From contig OY740787.1 in assembly GCA_963514005.1 (NCBI GenBank), positions 71,114,001 through 71,178,000 of the forward strand: DNA of 64,000 bases, given 5' to 3'. Numbering within the stretch: position 1 is the stretch's first letter; each line of letters opens with the position of its first letter. The position numbers were made by a program, and so were the translations under genes. Positions 24,514 to 38,566 of the stretch are shown here, in pieces. The stretch is from Raja brachyura. Lineage: Eukaryota. The notes under the pieces are model-generated. The model saw only the letters and a list, made by a program, of their open reading frames with translations, was not told the origin of the DNA and made no database searches.

Positions 24514-25077
24514 CTTTAACTGTTAATAGTGCCGAGCAGGAATCACTTCCAGCTTCATTAGAAGCCGTACACACATAATTCCCTTCATCTTTCAGTCTAG
24601 CTTTCAAGATTTCCAAAACAGCTATTTTGTCTTCAAATGTAATTTTATAATATTTGCTTGAGTGAAGGTCTAATCCGTCTTTTTTCCATGAAATTGTTAC
24701 TGATGTGTCATCATTCACTTGACATTCAAGACGTGCACCGGTGTTAATTACAGTCTGAGTAGGTTCAAGTCTCCGAGTGAAAGATGGTTTGTCAAGTACA
24801 ATTAGATCAGAGGAACAGATATCAGTGCCACAATCATTGGTCACTTTGCAAGAATAGGTTCCTTTGTTCTGAACATTTAAGTTACTGAATTCCAAAGCAT
24901 GTTTGTTGCCTTTAGAAAATATTTTATAGTTGTCTTCATCTGTAACATCAATACCATTCTTCTGCCAAACAGTATGGATCACAGGTGATCCAGACACTGT
25001 GCATTCAAGTCTTGCAGTTTTACCTACAAATGTTGTAACCGATTCCAGTCTGGTTATAAAGCTCGGTGGGGTAAGTT
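24514..25077 (-). CDS. ttn: Titin two-Ig exon (human exon 51 equivalent), 564 bp
   Basis: ttgcag|AACTT, AAAG|gtaagg; ELTPPSFITRLESVTTFVGK...LDKPSF...FEDKIAVLEI. Confidence 0.95.
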
Positions 25078-25886
25078 CTGCAAAATGAACATTTGGATTA
25101 GGTTTTCAACTGACTGAGGGAATTAGACTTTAAGATATTTAGGTTAGGTAAATTTGCTTAAAATGTGTTTAAAAGAGAAAGAAAACTGACAATACTGATA
25201 TTCTAATGTCTTTGTTGGATTTTTATAAAGTTTACCATATGAAACCAGATTATGTTTTAGAACAATTTTATCTAGATATCAAAACTGCTTTGGATGATAT
25301 TACAGGAAATAATGGAAACAAAACAAATGTTTCTGTTATATAACGCTGGTGATAAAAATTGGAGGTATCTTTCATTGGATTAATTTCAACTCAACACAAC
25401 TTTGAAAATAAAATTATTCCACATTAGAAAACCACATATATTGTTTTATGTATGAATAGATGTACAAAAATACCAAGTAGGAGAAAGAGTGAGCCACTGT
25501 CACTTGAGCGTGCTCCACAATTGATTGTAATCGCAAGTCTGTATTCTTGTTTATCAAGTATCTAAGTACTCTACCTTAAAATATTTAAAAATAAGAATAG
25601 TTTCACATTGTTATCCACTTAACAGATCTTTACACGCTCACTGAACCTTCTATATTCCTATCCTATATTTGTCTATATGCCTTTGTAGACTCCTTCACAA
25701 TTTCCTATCCTCTGTGCCACCAGCACATTTAACAACCATACCTCCAAGTTACTATTTAAATTATGAAAATCATTTTGGTCATATGAAAATAATTATAGTT
25801 AAAACTATACAAGCCTTTTAAAGCCAAATCAAATTGAAAACTAAATGTTGAAATAAAACATAACAATCAAAGCTTAATCTACTTAC

Positions 25887-26165
25887 CAGTCACAATCAAT
25901 TTAGCTGTGCTGCTTACACTGCCAATCTGGTTTGATGCTCTGCAAGTATATTCTCCACAGTCAATTAACTGAGGTTTCAAAAGTTTCAAGATGGAAATAT
26001 ATTTCTGGTTCATGATGTTGTATTTCTCACTGTCACGAAGTTCAGCTCTGGCTCGGAACCATTGGAATCTCACATCAGGAATAGGATTAACCTCACATTC
26101 AAACTGAGTGGCGTGTGCAACTATCACCTCCTGTGATTCAATCTTCCTTTTGAAAACTGGAGGCA
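25887..26165 (-). CDS. ttn: Titin Ig exon (human exon 50 equivalent), 279 bp
   Basis: ctgcag|TGCCT, ACTG|gtaagt; VPPVFKRKIESQEV...DCGEYTCRASNQIGSVS. Confidence 0.95.
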
Positions 26166-27064
26166 CTGCAGATATAAATGTTAAAAACATGTTACAGCAT
26201 TGCAATAACAAACTCTAATTCTTTAAGCATGAAGTGTAGAGGTGCCCCCTGAAATTCAAAAATGAAGGACGTTAGGGTGATAGAAACTAACAATCCATGG
26301 AGTGACTGTGGAGAAGAAATGATGGTTAAAAGGTGTTAGCTGACCAGTGGCTGTGCTCAAGGTAGTAAATGATAATACTTCAATGAATGAAATTCAAAAT
26401 GTATTGTCGTGAAGTGCATAGATGCATGCAAGTAATTGATATAAAAATATTTTTTGTCCTGGAACAAAGTAGTTGACAAAATGTGATATTAGGAGGAAAA
26501 ATATCAATATTCAGTTGTCTTCTCGTTATGATATAGTGATGGCAATGATAAATATCTAGCATTTCCTCAAAAGTGGATATGGGGATGAAAGCAATATTGC
26601 ATTAGTAAAAACTTAAAAAGATGGGTGATGTTAATTAATTGTTAATATTAAAACATTAGGGGGTCATAATTGAATATTCACAGTAGTCTTTTAATACATG
26701 AAATTAACTTTAAAAGCTCTTTATTACTGTCAGTGAAAGCTTATGAAGATCACATCAATAAGAAACAATTTCACATTACATTTTTTGCAATCAAGATTTA
26801 AAAGTAGCAATGCCTAATTGATGAAATAAACTGATGTGGTCTTATCAAGCTTTGACGTCTTGTATATAGATACTAAATGGGTAACAAAATTACTATTTTA
26901 TCATTAAAATGTGGGAAAGGAAGGGAAAAGGAAGAATGGGTAGGAAATATTTAGTTACGTTAATTTATTAGCATAAACTAAAAACAATGGTTAACTATTT
27001 TGTGAGTTGAACGGATTAGACTCTAGAGTTCATAATAATAAAGATTTTATCCCCATAATCCAAC

Positions 27065-30000
27065 CTCTTATTACAACTGTGAGGTGTGCAGAAGTTGTTG
27101 ATTTTCCTGTTTCATTCAATGCCTCGCAGATATACTCTCCTTGATGTTCCTCTTTTTGTACTTTGCTGATTATAAGTGAGTATGTGTCAAAATCCTGAAA
27201 ACATTTGAACTCATTTTTTGAGGAAATTTTCTCTCCATTGATATACCAATTTACAGCTTTAACTTTCTGTATGACTGTGCTAAATATCACTTGGTTATCT
27301 TCATCTGCAGTGGCATCAGTAAGCCCCTTAATAATTATTGGATTGTCTTTAGTAGCCTTTATTAGTATTTCAGTCTGCATTTTCATTTTAGAAACATGAG
27401 TAGCTGAATTGTCCTCCGTTTTCTCCTCTATTTTAAGAATATTTGTCGGGGGTTCTCTAAGCACAGACATGGAAGGGGTAATATCGATGCACACAGTTTC
27501 TAACCTATCAAATGACTTTGGAATTGTACCTAGCTGTTCAGCTATGAAAGCCTGCTGCTGCTCACGAATGATGGAACAAAAAGCTGCTGTCAGTTCCTTT
27601 TGTAAGTCAGCTTTCTTGGGGTAATCCGCGTCACAATTCAGAGTTATATCTATTGGAGGATTTGCATTGGTAATTTGATATGTATGTAAAGTGTATTTAG
27701 GTTCAATTTGAACTTTTAATTCCTTAATTTTTATTTCTTCTATGGAGCTAAATGTAATGGAGGAAATTGCATGATGCTTACTTGCTAAAGCAGATTTAAG
27801 TGCTTCCTTAAACTGTGTACCTATACCTAAAGTGATGGTTTGGGGAATTGTAATCTTAAATGCCAGTTCCTTATGGAGTGCTCCATCTTCTTGTATTACA
27901 TGTGATTGTAGTGTTTGATCCGGCTGCTTCTTCAACTTCAGCATTGTTTGTTCTGATCCCGATGAATGTTCCTCTTCAATAATCTGTTTTTCTTGAAGTG
28001 GAAATCTTACTGCCTGTTCTTCTTGGATTCTTACTGCAAAATCTTCTTCTGCAGCCTCGAGCATATTGGTACTTTTCATAGACGTAGTATTTTCTTGAAC
28101 CTGCACAGAAGCTAAAGGTAATTTTGGTTCATACATATCCCCACAGGTTTCTACACTAATGCCTTTGAAAATAGCAACAGAACCATCTTCAACTATCATG
28201 CTGTCTGTTGTAGTGCTGAACTGTTTGATACTGTCATCAGACTTAGTTATCAATGCATGCTGTTCTTTCTCTTCAATTGTAAAAATGTTCTCTTTGATTT
28301 TTTGTACAGGTTGAGTCGCAGATGGGAGATACCTTTGAGGAAGAGGATGAGTTTTGGCTTCAGAATGTAAACTTTCAATTTTCATTTCAAGGGATTTAGA
28401 TTGTTCGTCCAACAGTTCTGCGTTTTCTTCTACAACCACAGCATTGCTGTATGCCGTCTCAAATTTACCTGCTGCAATATGAGCAGCTGGTTTCACTTGG
28501 GGTAGCATACCTTCTTTATGAAAAATACACAGACTTTTTATGTGATGAGAATGTAAAGTGGATACATGTTCTTTTGTTGGTTTAATTTTTATGCTGTTCT
28601 TTACATCAGATAACTGGGTTGTGTATTCATAAGGTACCAGGTGCTGCTCTTCTGCTAGTAATGAATGTAGACAAGTTGGACTCTTTCTCAGATCAGCTTT
28701 ATCTTCTATGGGTACTTCAAAAGTAAAAGGACATTCTTTGGGTAGAGTATCTTGTTCCTTGACAATCTGTAAATGCAATGATTCCTTTTCTTCTGGTTTT
28801 GATGTCATTGAGATTGCACAATCTAATCCAATTAGTATTTTGGTGTATTCACTTCGAAGTGGTTGTTTCTCTTCTGCATTTAAAGCAGTTTTCACAAGTT
28901 TATCTTTCATTACTAAAGCTTGTTGTGATCCAGCTTTTTGTACCTTCAAGATAGACTCCTTTAGGGTTGACTTGTGGCTTTCAGTAACAGATGCCAAGAA
29001 TGGCTTTGGTAATTCTTTTAATGACTTTGATTCCTTTCCAGCATCTATTGGTTGTATCTCTTCTGTAATTTCATCCCTTATTTTTTTCTTTTCCATTGAT
29101 ACAGTTGTACAAACCTCCATTTTGTTTTCTTTTTGGATTTTGCCTTGATGCCATGTGGGAACTTCAAATATAAACAAAGGTTCTTTAAGGGGTTCTTGAA
29201 GTCCTTCAACTTTGGAACTGTGTACAGTGTACCTTGGCTCTGTTTTTGCCATTTCTACAACATTAAGAGCTGTAGATTTGGGGCGACAAATTACATCTTT
29301 CTCTGGCATACCTATTTCCACTGTTACTGGTTTAAAAGTTGCAATAGGCAATCCTTTAATATTAAAGATTGCTTCCTTTGGAATTTCAGTCTTTTCCTCA
29401 ACTGTGGGTACATAGTTTTTTGATTGTACTTCTGTGCTTGGTACTTTGAATACTGGCAGGCCTTTGATCGGTTCATAGTGTTGCTCAATAAAGCCCAGAC
29501 TCTCCTGTGTTGCTTGAGAATGCATTATCATCTGTTTCATTCCTGAAATAGTTGTTTCTGTTGCAGAGATTTTTTCCTTATTCAAAATGGCCATCTGTTC
29601 ACTGTGGACAAACTGTTTTTCTTCAGAGGATATTGTACACGCCAATTGATCCGGCTCCTGTAATTCAGCCTGAGTATCACCAGGTGATTTTGCGGTGAAT
29701 AAACACAACTCAACGGCTTGATCACGAATGGTCCTTTCGTAAAGCTTCTGAACCATTTCTTGCCTTGAATGCTCATCAGCAAAAGTATCGCTCATCACAA
29801 TTAGTTCTGCAGTGCAAGTTGCTTCTCCAAATGTGTTAAATGCTTTGCAGGAATACAAGCCACTATCCTTCTTCTGTATATTATGAATAGTTAATGAACC
29901 AGAACCATTGGAGTTGTAACTCAGGTTGTGTTGCACACCTGGAAACATCTGGTACTTTCCCTTATACCATAATACCTCTGGCATTGGTTCTCCTGTCACT

Positions 30001-30652
30001 ACATACTCAAATTTACCAAGCATCCCTTTTAGACACTGCAAAGATTTAAATTCTTTTAAAAACTGTGGTGCCTCACCCTTGGATACATATTGGTATTCTG
30101 CTTGTTGTATTAACACAACTTCTTTCGATAGGGGCTCTTTGTTTATCTTTTTTTCAGGCAGTTTTGCAACTGGAGGCTTTGCAGCTGATTTCCTAAACCC
30201 ACCCATACCTTCCTTTGGTTTGATTTTCAGATGTGCACTACATGAAGTTTTTCCAAGCACATTACTAGCTGTACAGGTATATTCTCCCTCATCTGTAAAT
30301 TTGGTGTAACCTATAATTAGACTATATTCCGCCTTATCATAAACAAACTTGTGATTTGATGAAGGTATCAATTTGTTACCATTATAAAACCACTGAATAG
30401 TGGGTTCTGGGAATCCACTGGTAGTGACAGAGAATTTAGCTACATCTTCCACAACTACCTCCATACTAGAAATATGTTTCATGAATACTGGCACAGATTT
30501 TAAAGGCTCAGCATCAGTTTTTATGTCCAAGATTTTTGATGAAACTGGAGTTTCAGGCCTGAGTTCAAATGTTTTGTCAGACACATGAAGTTCACTTGTG
30601 TAGAAATCTTCCCTCTTATCTTCAGCAGCGATGATTACAGCGCTAGAATATT
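27065..30652 (-). CDS. ttn: Titin cardiac N2B exon (I24, I25, N2Bus, I26; human exon 49 equivalent), 3588 bp
   Basis: atacag|AATAT acceptor, AGAG|gttgga donor; EYSSAVII start, PVFMKHIS Ig, PQFLKEFK Ig, AVRIQEEQAVRFPL, HQGEYICEALNETGK. Confidence 0.95.
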
Positions 30653-33520
30653 CTGTATAAGAAATAAGATGGTTAAATTTAGAAAGCAGGTCCGCTGCAA
30701 GTATTGCTCAATACTGGAATGAAACAAAAAGTACCAGAATTATTAATTTGTCATTTTTGTGCCAAACCCCTTCTGCTTCCAAATGTTACATTTCTATAAC
30801 AGTCTCCTTTAAATATTTATCATTAATCTAGGTATACAAGTGTGTGATTGTATGAAGAATTTGTTCAGACAATTTAGGAAGTTTATTTTGCCTATCTTAA
30901 TAGCACACTAGAGGTTTTAAGTGAATTTTGCTTTAATATACCATTTATTCAAATTCATATATTCAAAATGTGTGTCCTCTGAGTATTTATTTGTGAATTA
31001 AAATATTTAATGGATGATCTATATTTCCATATCGTAATCAAAGTTAATGAAAGAGGAACTGTAGGTTGAGATACGATCGTAGTGGCTGACAACCTGCAAA
31101 TCCAGACTCACACTCCAAACTAATCATGACAACATGTGTTATTATTATGCAAAAATATACTGCATGCTACAAATTTTCAAAAGATAGGAAGTAATTTGTA
31201 ATATAAGCTTTATTCCATTACTGAAATACATATGTTCAATCAAATTTGATTGTTAGGTCACATTAAGAGAAATCAAGAGATCATATATTCCTACTTTTAC
31301 CTTGGTAACAGCAAGATTAATACAATAATTTTCACTATCATCAAAACGGCCAAATGCTATTGATACATTTCTGATTTAACATCTCTTAACAAAGCAGCAA
31401 TGAGATGTTAACAATTCAGTGGCTCCAAGCTTTTGTGTAAAAAAAACCCAACAGTTCTAGGTTGCTCTCCAAACAGGAAGTATGTGGGTATTAGCCTAGA
31501 GTGCGATTACATCAACCGTGTTGGCCTCAAATTGTGTACCAATACATAAACATCAGAACACTTAGCTGACTCATTTGAGAGGCAGCTGCTACCACCCTGG
31601 AACCACAACTCAGTATAAGTTGCTGTCTTAAGGAGAGATGGGATAATCAAAAGAAAATATATCTCATATACCAAACCAGCTGTATATTTACATGACAGCA
31701 GACCAGAAGTTTGTGTACATATTAGTATAACCAGCAAATAAGAAACATATTTAACAGAAACCCGTAGAAGGAATGAATAATTGCAGCATTAAATGTTTAT
31801 TTTCACTAAAATACAAACCTTAATTTTTATACTTATCATGCTTTATACCATGTCAAGTGTAGCAGACAAAACAGGGAAACAATGCATGCTTTCATACAAC
31901 TAGGTTGTCATACTGAGATCAAAAGAAACATGTATTAATATATTCATGCTTATATCATGAAAAGTATATTTTTCTATTTTGTAATTTCAATAAATTTTCC
32001 AAGAACCTACAGAATTCAAACCATTAAAATTTGTTCTTTTCAAATATCAAACAATTTAAGCAGTTTTGACGAAAGTTGGCTTCATTTTAAAATCAACAAT
32101 TTAGGAAATAAATATTAAAATGATAAGCAAAGCTATGATTCACAAATATATAGATGCCATTTGATTGTTTGCAAACTCGTGAAAGAGTGCATTTCTGTTT
32201 TTACTCATAGATTACTCTAAAATCATCTGTAGTATGCCATTGGTGCAATCTCTGGACCAATCCAATGTAAAATTTGACTGCCTGACTAAACCCTCTAGGA
32301 CCCCGTAAACTCCATCATGTCATCAAGTGGACTCTCTCCAACACCATATATTGTAAAACACATAAATACAGCTGCAAAAGTACTCTTAAACTTTACATCC
32401 TTACATTTCTGATGCTGAACAACCCAAAACTTTGCTAACCTCCAAAAACTAGCCTGAAGCTAACAATTACAATAAAGTAACAAAACCATTGAATTAACCA
32501 AATTTTAAACATGTAATGTATGACATAATGTGTTTCAATTAACTGCACCACAGAATGACACAATGCGGTTTTTCCCAGGATTCCATAACAACAAAAGATA
32601 TCAGAAAGACAAATTAAAATAGCAGTCACTTTCTCCTGAGTAGGATAGGAAAGTGAAGGATAGCGAAATGCACTGTGTACTTTCTAACTGTACAGATCTG
32701 GAAATAGATTACTTTCTATTTTTGATAAGAAATATGATGAAAGGTGAAAAGAGACGAGAAAATAATAGATAAAAGTTGATTATTTATAATGTGAATTCAG
32801 GCTTACAGAGATATCATTTAAAAGCCGCGGGAAATACGCTTGATAGGCAACTAAAATATTTATTTTTAAGTCATGGATTCCCTGCAAGAACTGTAACATT
32901 TTTAAGATTCTTCTATGCCATTTTTTTGGTTTATCCTCTCTACTCCATCACATTGTATTTAAAGAGAACATGCTCACATACCTTAGTTATGAGGACAATT
33001 TTCCAACATAATATCATTCTGTGGCTGTCAGTGGCAATACAAGATAATGTACAGGTTTACATGACATTTTAGTTTAGATATTAGACCAGATAAAATAAAT
33101 AGGATTAACCATCCTGTTAAAACAGTGACAGAAAATATCATATCTAATTGTTAAATCCATAAGTAATCTGAATTTTAAGATTTTAAATTGATATACTTTC
33201 CAGATCATAACTATGTTCAAACCAATCAAAATAAAAATTAGGAAGTGGAATTAATCAGTTTGATCAGCCATTCAACGAGATCAAACTTCCAGTGATACTA
33301 AAATCTTCTGATAACAGAAACAATCAATATTACATGAAAAATCAACAACTGAAAAAGCGCAATCGTCAACTGTACATAAATGATTTCAAACTTCTATTAA
33401 TGTCTGCGTGTCTTTCAATATTCACTTTTTAAAGACCTGGTTCCAATTTTAAGATTATGCCCCTCATCCTCGACTAGCCATAGTGTCCATCAACCTCATC
33501 AGTTGGCCTTGCTATTTTAA

Positions 33521-33917
33521 GGTCATAAAGTCATGTGATAGGAGTAGAATTAGGCCATTCGGCCCATCAAGTCTACTCCGCCATTCAATCATGGCTGATC
33601 TATCTTTCCCGCATTCTCCTGCCTTCTTCCCACAACCGCTGACACCTGTATTAATCAAGAATCTATCTATCTCTGTCTTTAAAGTATCCACTGACTTGGC
33701 ATCCACAGCCTTTTGTGGCAAAGAATTCCACAGATTCACCACCCTCTGACTCAAGAAATGTCTCCTCTCCTTCCGAAAAGAACATCCTTTAATTCTGAGG
33801 CTATGGCCTCTAGTCCTGGACTCTCCAACTAGTGGAAACATCCTCTCCACATCCACTCTATCCAAGCCTTTCACTATTATATATATTTCAATGAGGTCCC
33901 CCCTCATTCTTCTAAAC
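33521..33917 (-). mobile_element. CR1 LINE 3' fragment, same sense as titin
   Basis: FRRMRGDLIE...TRGHSLRI...SQRVVNLWNSLPQ and 3' UTR on the minus strand. Confidence 0.9.
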
Positions 33918-34923
33918 ATTTTTAAATACGCCACGTGTTAAACAAGAAATAGAGAACCATGAACTAGATGGAACTGACTTTCAGTAATTTGGGCGAATGG
34001 CTTCATATTTTACTCACAACAATAAAGCTATACTGTTTCATTTGTTTTTTGTGAATATTTTATCAAATAGGACACTTAAAATTATTGTACCGTTAAATTA
34101 AAAACTTAAGAAAACTCCTCAGCCCGATGTATTTTTTCTTGAACTTTCCAGCTAAGTGTCCATAAGTTGGTCATTTTCCACAAAAAGGTATAATAGTCCT
34201 CAAGTAAGAATAAACTTTCATATATTAATGCACACCTTCGGTTACTCTAAATTTTAACAAAAATATTCACATAGCGTGAATGGAAATAGTAATAATGTCA
34301 ATATTTTAACTAAACTTTCCTTTGAAAACAGCACGTGAATTAAATATTTTAGGAAAGCCCTCGTCTGATGCTGTGGGATGTTCTGTTGAATGCAAACATA
34401 TCTTGAAATTAATATCTACTCCTCTTTAAGTTGGGAATAATGGAACTCAATATTAAGTTCCTAAACACACTTTAAGGAGAAACAATGTCATGGGCCAAAT
34501 GATAAGGAATTTGGATTAATAGAAATGTTATACATTGATACCGTATGGTTTCAAAAAATTATTGTACATATAAGATGAAACCTTGGCTGCAGTTTATGTA
34601 AAAATGTTTTGTGATTCAACAGAACTGATCTGTCACCAGATGTAACATTATCACTGTTTAAAGAGTTCGATCATTAATGGATTAGTTGTTTGTGAAAAAT
34701 CTCTCGTTATCAATATTTTTCCATAAACTAACCTCAAGCATAGCCATACATTTTCATGTTCTTAATCCAAAACATTCACTATTTTTACACTAGGTATTTT
34801 TCAGCTATTATTTCAAACTTTCAAATAAAAGCTTTCCTACCGATTCATCACTCCAGAGTACACCAAGGGTTTTTTAAACATTTTTTCAGCCATATCAAAT
34901 ATAATTCTTAACATTAAGATCAA

Positions 34924-34929
34924 TTTAAT
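34924..34929 (-). terminator. Possible variant poly(A) signal ATTAAA for the Novex-3 isoform
   Basis: ATTAAA on the minus strand about 100 nt after the Novex-3 stop. I saw no canonical AATAAA in the next ~1 kb. AT-rich context makes this weak. Confidence 0.25.
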
Positions 34930-35031
34930 TTCCATGCTTGAAAGTAGCATATCCCTAAACATGCCATTTATCAAAAATATCTATAAGCATCAAATTAAAT
35001 TCTAAATATATAAAGGACACTCTGAAAGATT

Positions 35032-38000
35032 TTATGCACAAAATACTTTTAGAACAGCAACTGTGACTGCATTCCCAGCTTTGCTAACAGCTTTACACTT
35101 GTAGATTCCAGCATCACTTTCCATAACATTGACAATATTCAAGTAATGTTGCCCAGAATCTTTCTCCCCAATGCTATAGTTGGTACCTTCAAGTATTCTC
35201 TCATTCCGATACCAAATTACAGTAGGTTTTGGAGTACCAGCCACACAGCATTGAAAATATGCTACGTTCCCCACAGTTGTGTTGCAATCAAGAAGAGAAA
35301 TCACAAACTTGGGTGGAATCTCTGTCACTTGAAATTCAAATGAACATGTTTCAGAAGCCTCTGCTTTAAACTGAACAATTTCATCTTTGGCAGGTTCAGC
35401 AAATACATCAAAGTTGATATTCACACATTCCTCACCTCCTTCCTCACTGGCTTTTTCTGTTGCAGCAACAAGTTTCACTGATTTCTGGGAATCATCTCTA
35501 CATTGTTCAAATTCAAACTCAACCTCGAATTCTGAACTCTGATTGTCATCCAGCAAAGAATCACCAACAACAACATCTAATTCCTGGAAACTTTCTTGAG
35601 CACCACCCAGTGATAAAGCAGCTACAGCTTTTCCAGTTGCCACGTATGAGCTTGTTACTGCAAGATAACCCCTACATGTTGCTTCTCCAACACTATTCAC
35701 TGATTTGCAACTGTATATGCCATTGTCCGAAGGACAGACATTGGTTATTTTAAGACTATGATTATAATTATCTTTTCTAATGTATTTAATGCCATCTACT
35801 GTTATATGTAAATCATCTTTGAACCACATTATTTCTGGAATAGGAAAGCCTGTCACAGAGCATTCAAATACTGCATCTGTGTTTTCTGGAATCTCAAGAT
35901 CAGAAATATGGCAAATAAATCTTGGGGGCATTTCAGTGACTTCTAAATCAATTTTCACATCTTCATTTTGTTTTGATGTTAAGTCTATAGTTTGCTCATC
36001 AGAAACCATCATAGGAAGAACATCTAGTGAGATGACCATGTTTTTATTGTCAGGAGAAAATTCAGGAATTGTAATAATTTTTATCAGTTTTTCAAATTCC
36101 TTCACATCATGTTCATCAAGCTCAACTTCCAGAAGAATTTCTTGAGGCGAAGGAGATCTTGATGTTTGTTCTTGCTGCACATCAAACTCTATGACGTGTT
36201 GATGAGTCACAAGTGGTGGCAATGCAACTAAGCTTGCATCTTGTGCTAAAACATCTACTTGAGCAATACTTTTGGCTTCACCTACAATGTTTACAGCATT
36301 GCAGACATACTCTCCTTCATCTTCTCTTTGCACGCTATGAATCACTAATATACACAAATTTCCTTCCCTTTCTAGTCTTATTTTGTGATTTGGCTCTAAT
36401 AATGATTTTCTTCTATACCACTTAACATCTGGAATTGGGCAACCTATTACTTCAGTTATAAATGTAAGTGAACCCCCTTCGTGAATCTTTTTTCGAGCAA
36501 GGGGTTTAATAAATGCAGGAGGCATTTCATTTCCTTTTGCTTCAGCTTCCTGTGGTGGAGTTGTAAATACTTCTGATCTTTGCTCTTCAGCTGTTGGACT
36601 TGAACATTCAATAGGTGTCGTTTCAATACCCTCATCTACTGGTGATCTAAAATATTCTGGTGGTGTATAAAATCTCTCTAGTAAAGTACAAGAAGCATTA
36701 AGTGAAGGCAATCTTTCTTCAGGAGTTACATAGCCAGGTGATTGAGGTGGAGTATGAAATGACTCTGCAGATACAGCAGATTTGAAATTTTCAGAAGCCA
36801 ATGGCGGTGTATAAAATCTTTCATTTTCTGCTACTTCATCACTAACTGTACTACTAATTTCAAATGACATTTCAGATTCAGGGGAAAGGGACCGTGTCCA
36901 CTCTTCATTTTGATTGTAGTAGTCATAAACAGCAGAAAATGTTACATCTTCAACTTCCATTGAAGTTATTCCAGACTCATCATGCTGAAATGCATCATTA
37001 TTTTCCCAATCATGAACTGGTGCCTGCTCCTGCCTTGCAGTAAGGAGGTATTGTGCAATGGAAACATTCTCACTTGCCTCATCCTTCTTAGAACTTGTTT
37101 CTACCGAATCTACACTTACATCACAATTGTTTTTTTGAAACACTGAGTTACTTAACTCCACCTCTTCCTTATTTTTTTCTGTTTCTCCTTTCTTACTTTC
37201 AACTACTTGCTTAGTATTGTCTTCTGACAATAAACTATCATCACGTATTTCTGCTAAAAATACACACCTATCACTTAATTCTGCTTCTTCATCCATCATC
37301 TGAACTTCAGATAGCTTCTGCTTTTTATCAAGAAACCGTAAATATTGGCTAATAGAATACATTTCCTCTATTGTGTTATCTGGCATTTTTTGCCCTGTCA
37401 CACCCGTCTCTCTGGTCATTGTTTCAATATATTTATGTGGCAATTCATCAGCATATGAAGTCAGTGATTCTGTGATTATTTTATTATTTTTCTGTCTTAA
37501 AGGTGAACTGTTACTTAAAAATTCATTATCAAAAGAGCTCAATGAATCTAAAGCAACTTCACTATGCTCGTCCTTTAAAGACAAATCTTTACTTGAAAAT
37601 CCAGCTGCAGTGGGTGGAACAAAAGCACCATCTTCAGAAATAACATGAATTGGGGGGTTTTCTACACTACATGGAAGAGAAGTATTTCCTGTTTGACATT
37701 GCTGTTCAATATCTTCACCATGGTCCATTTTATTTAGATTATGTAAAAAACAGCTAACAGGTGATTGTGTTTCTTCATCAGAAGACTCATTATTCTTCAG
37801 ATGGTAAATGAAACTGTGCACTACAGGTTCTATTATGAGATTAGATGTACTCTGTGCTTCCCCAACTTTATTTTTTGCAATACATTTATACTTTCCTGCA
37901 TCCGATTCTGAAATACCATTAATATATAATCTAAAAGCTCCCCCACTCCCTTCAAATTGGTACTTGCTCATATCATAAGGTAAAGCTCTGTCATTTTGAA

Positions 38001-38465
38001 TCCATGTAACAAAAGGTTTGGGCTCACCAGAAATTAGACATTCAAACATCACTGTTTCTCCTTCGGTACAACAAATCTTATCTAACTCTTTTACAATACG
38101 TGGAGGTTCACAAATTACATCAAAAGAAAATTTAAATTTATGTTTTGTTGATTGGGAAGAGGATTCGTCAGATGAATCCATGGAAGTAAACTCGTCCATC
38201 TGAAATAACTCTCTCCTTTCTTCATCGTGCTCTGGTGTTGGAGTTGGAGCAGTTATTTTAATTTCAACAGGAGAAGAAAGGGTAGATAAACTTAATGGAC
38301 GTGGTTTGGGTGCTGCAATACTCGGTATTTGCAGGGTGGATTTTATTACAGGAACTGGTGGAAAGTAAGACTCAACTTCCTTTTCAACCTGGTGGTCTTG
38401 ATCATCTTCCAGTGTTTCTGTCACATGTATATTAAATGTTTTCAAAGGTTCTTCAAGCAGAAGGT
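35032..38465 (-). CDS. ttn: Titin Novex-3, second and terminal exon (four Ig domains, stop TAA)
   Basis: ttttccag|ACCTT acceptor in frame with the previous exon; ITSMEVEDVTF, SPQEILLEVEL, EMPPRF motifs; ends VLKVFCA*. Confidence 0.92.
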
Positions 38466-38566
38466 CTGGAAAATGAAAATAAAATGAAGAATTCAGATTT
38501 TCAATTATCTTCTTACAACATTAAAAAAAAAAGATAATTATAAAACTAAAGTATGATGAATTTTAC

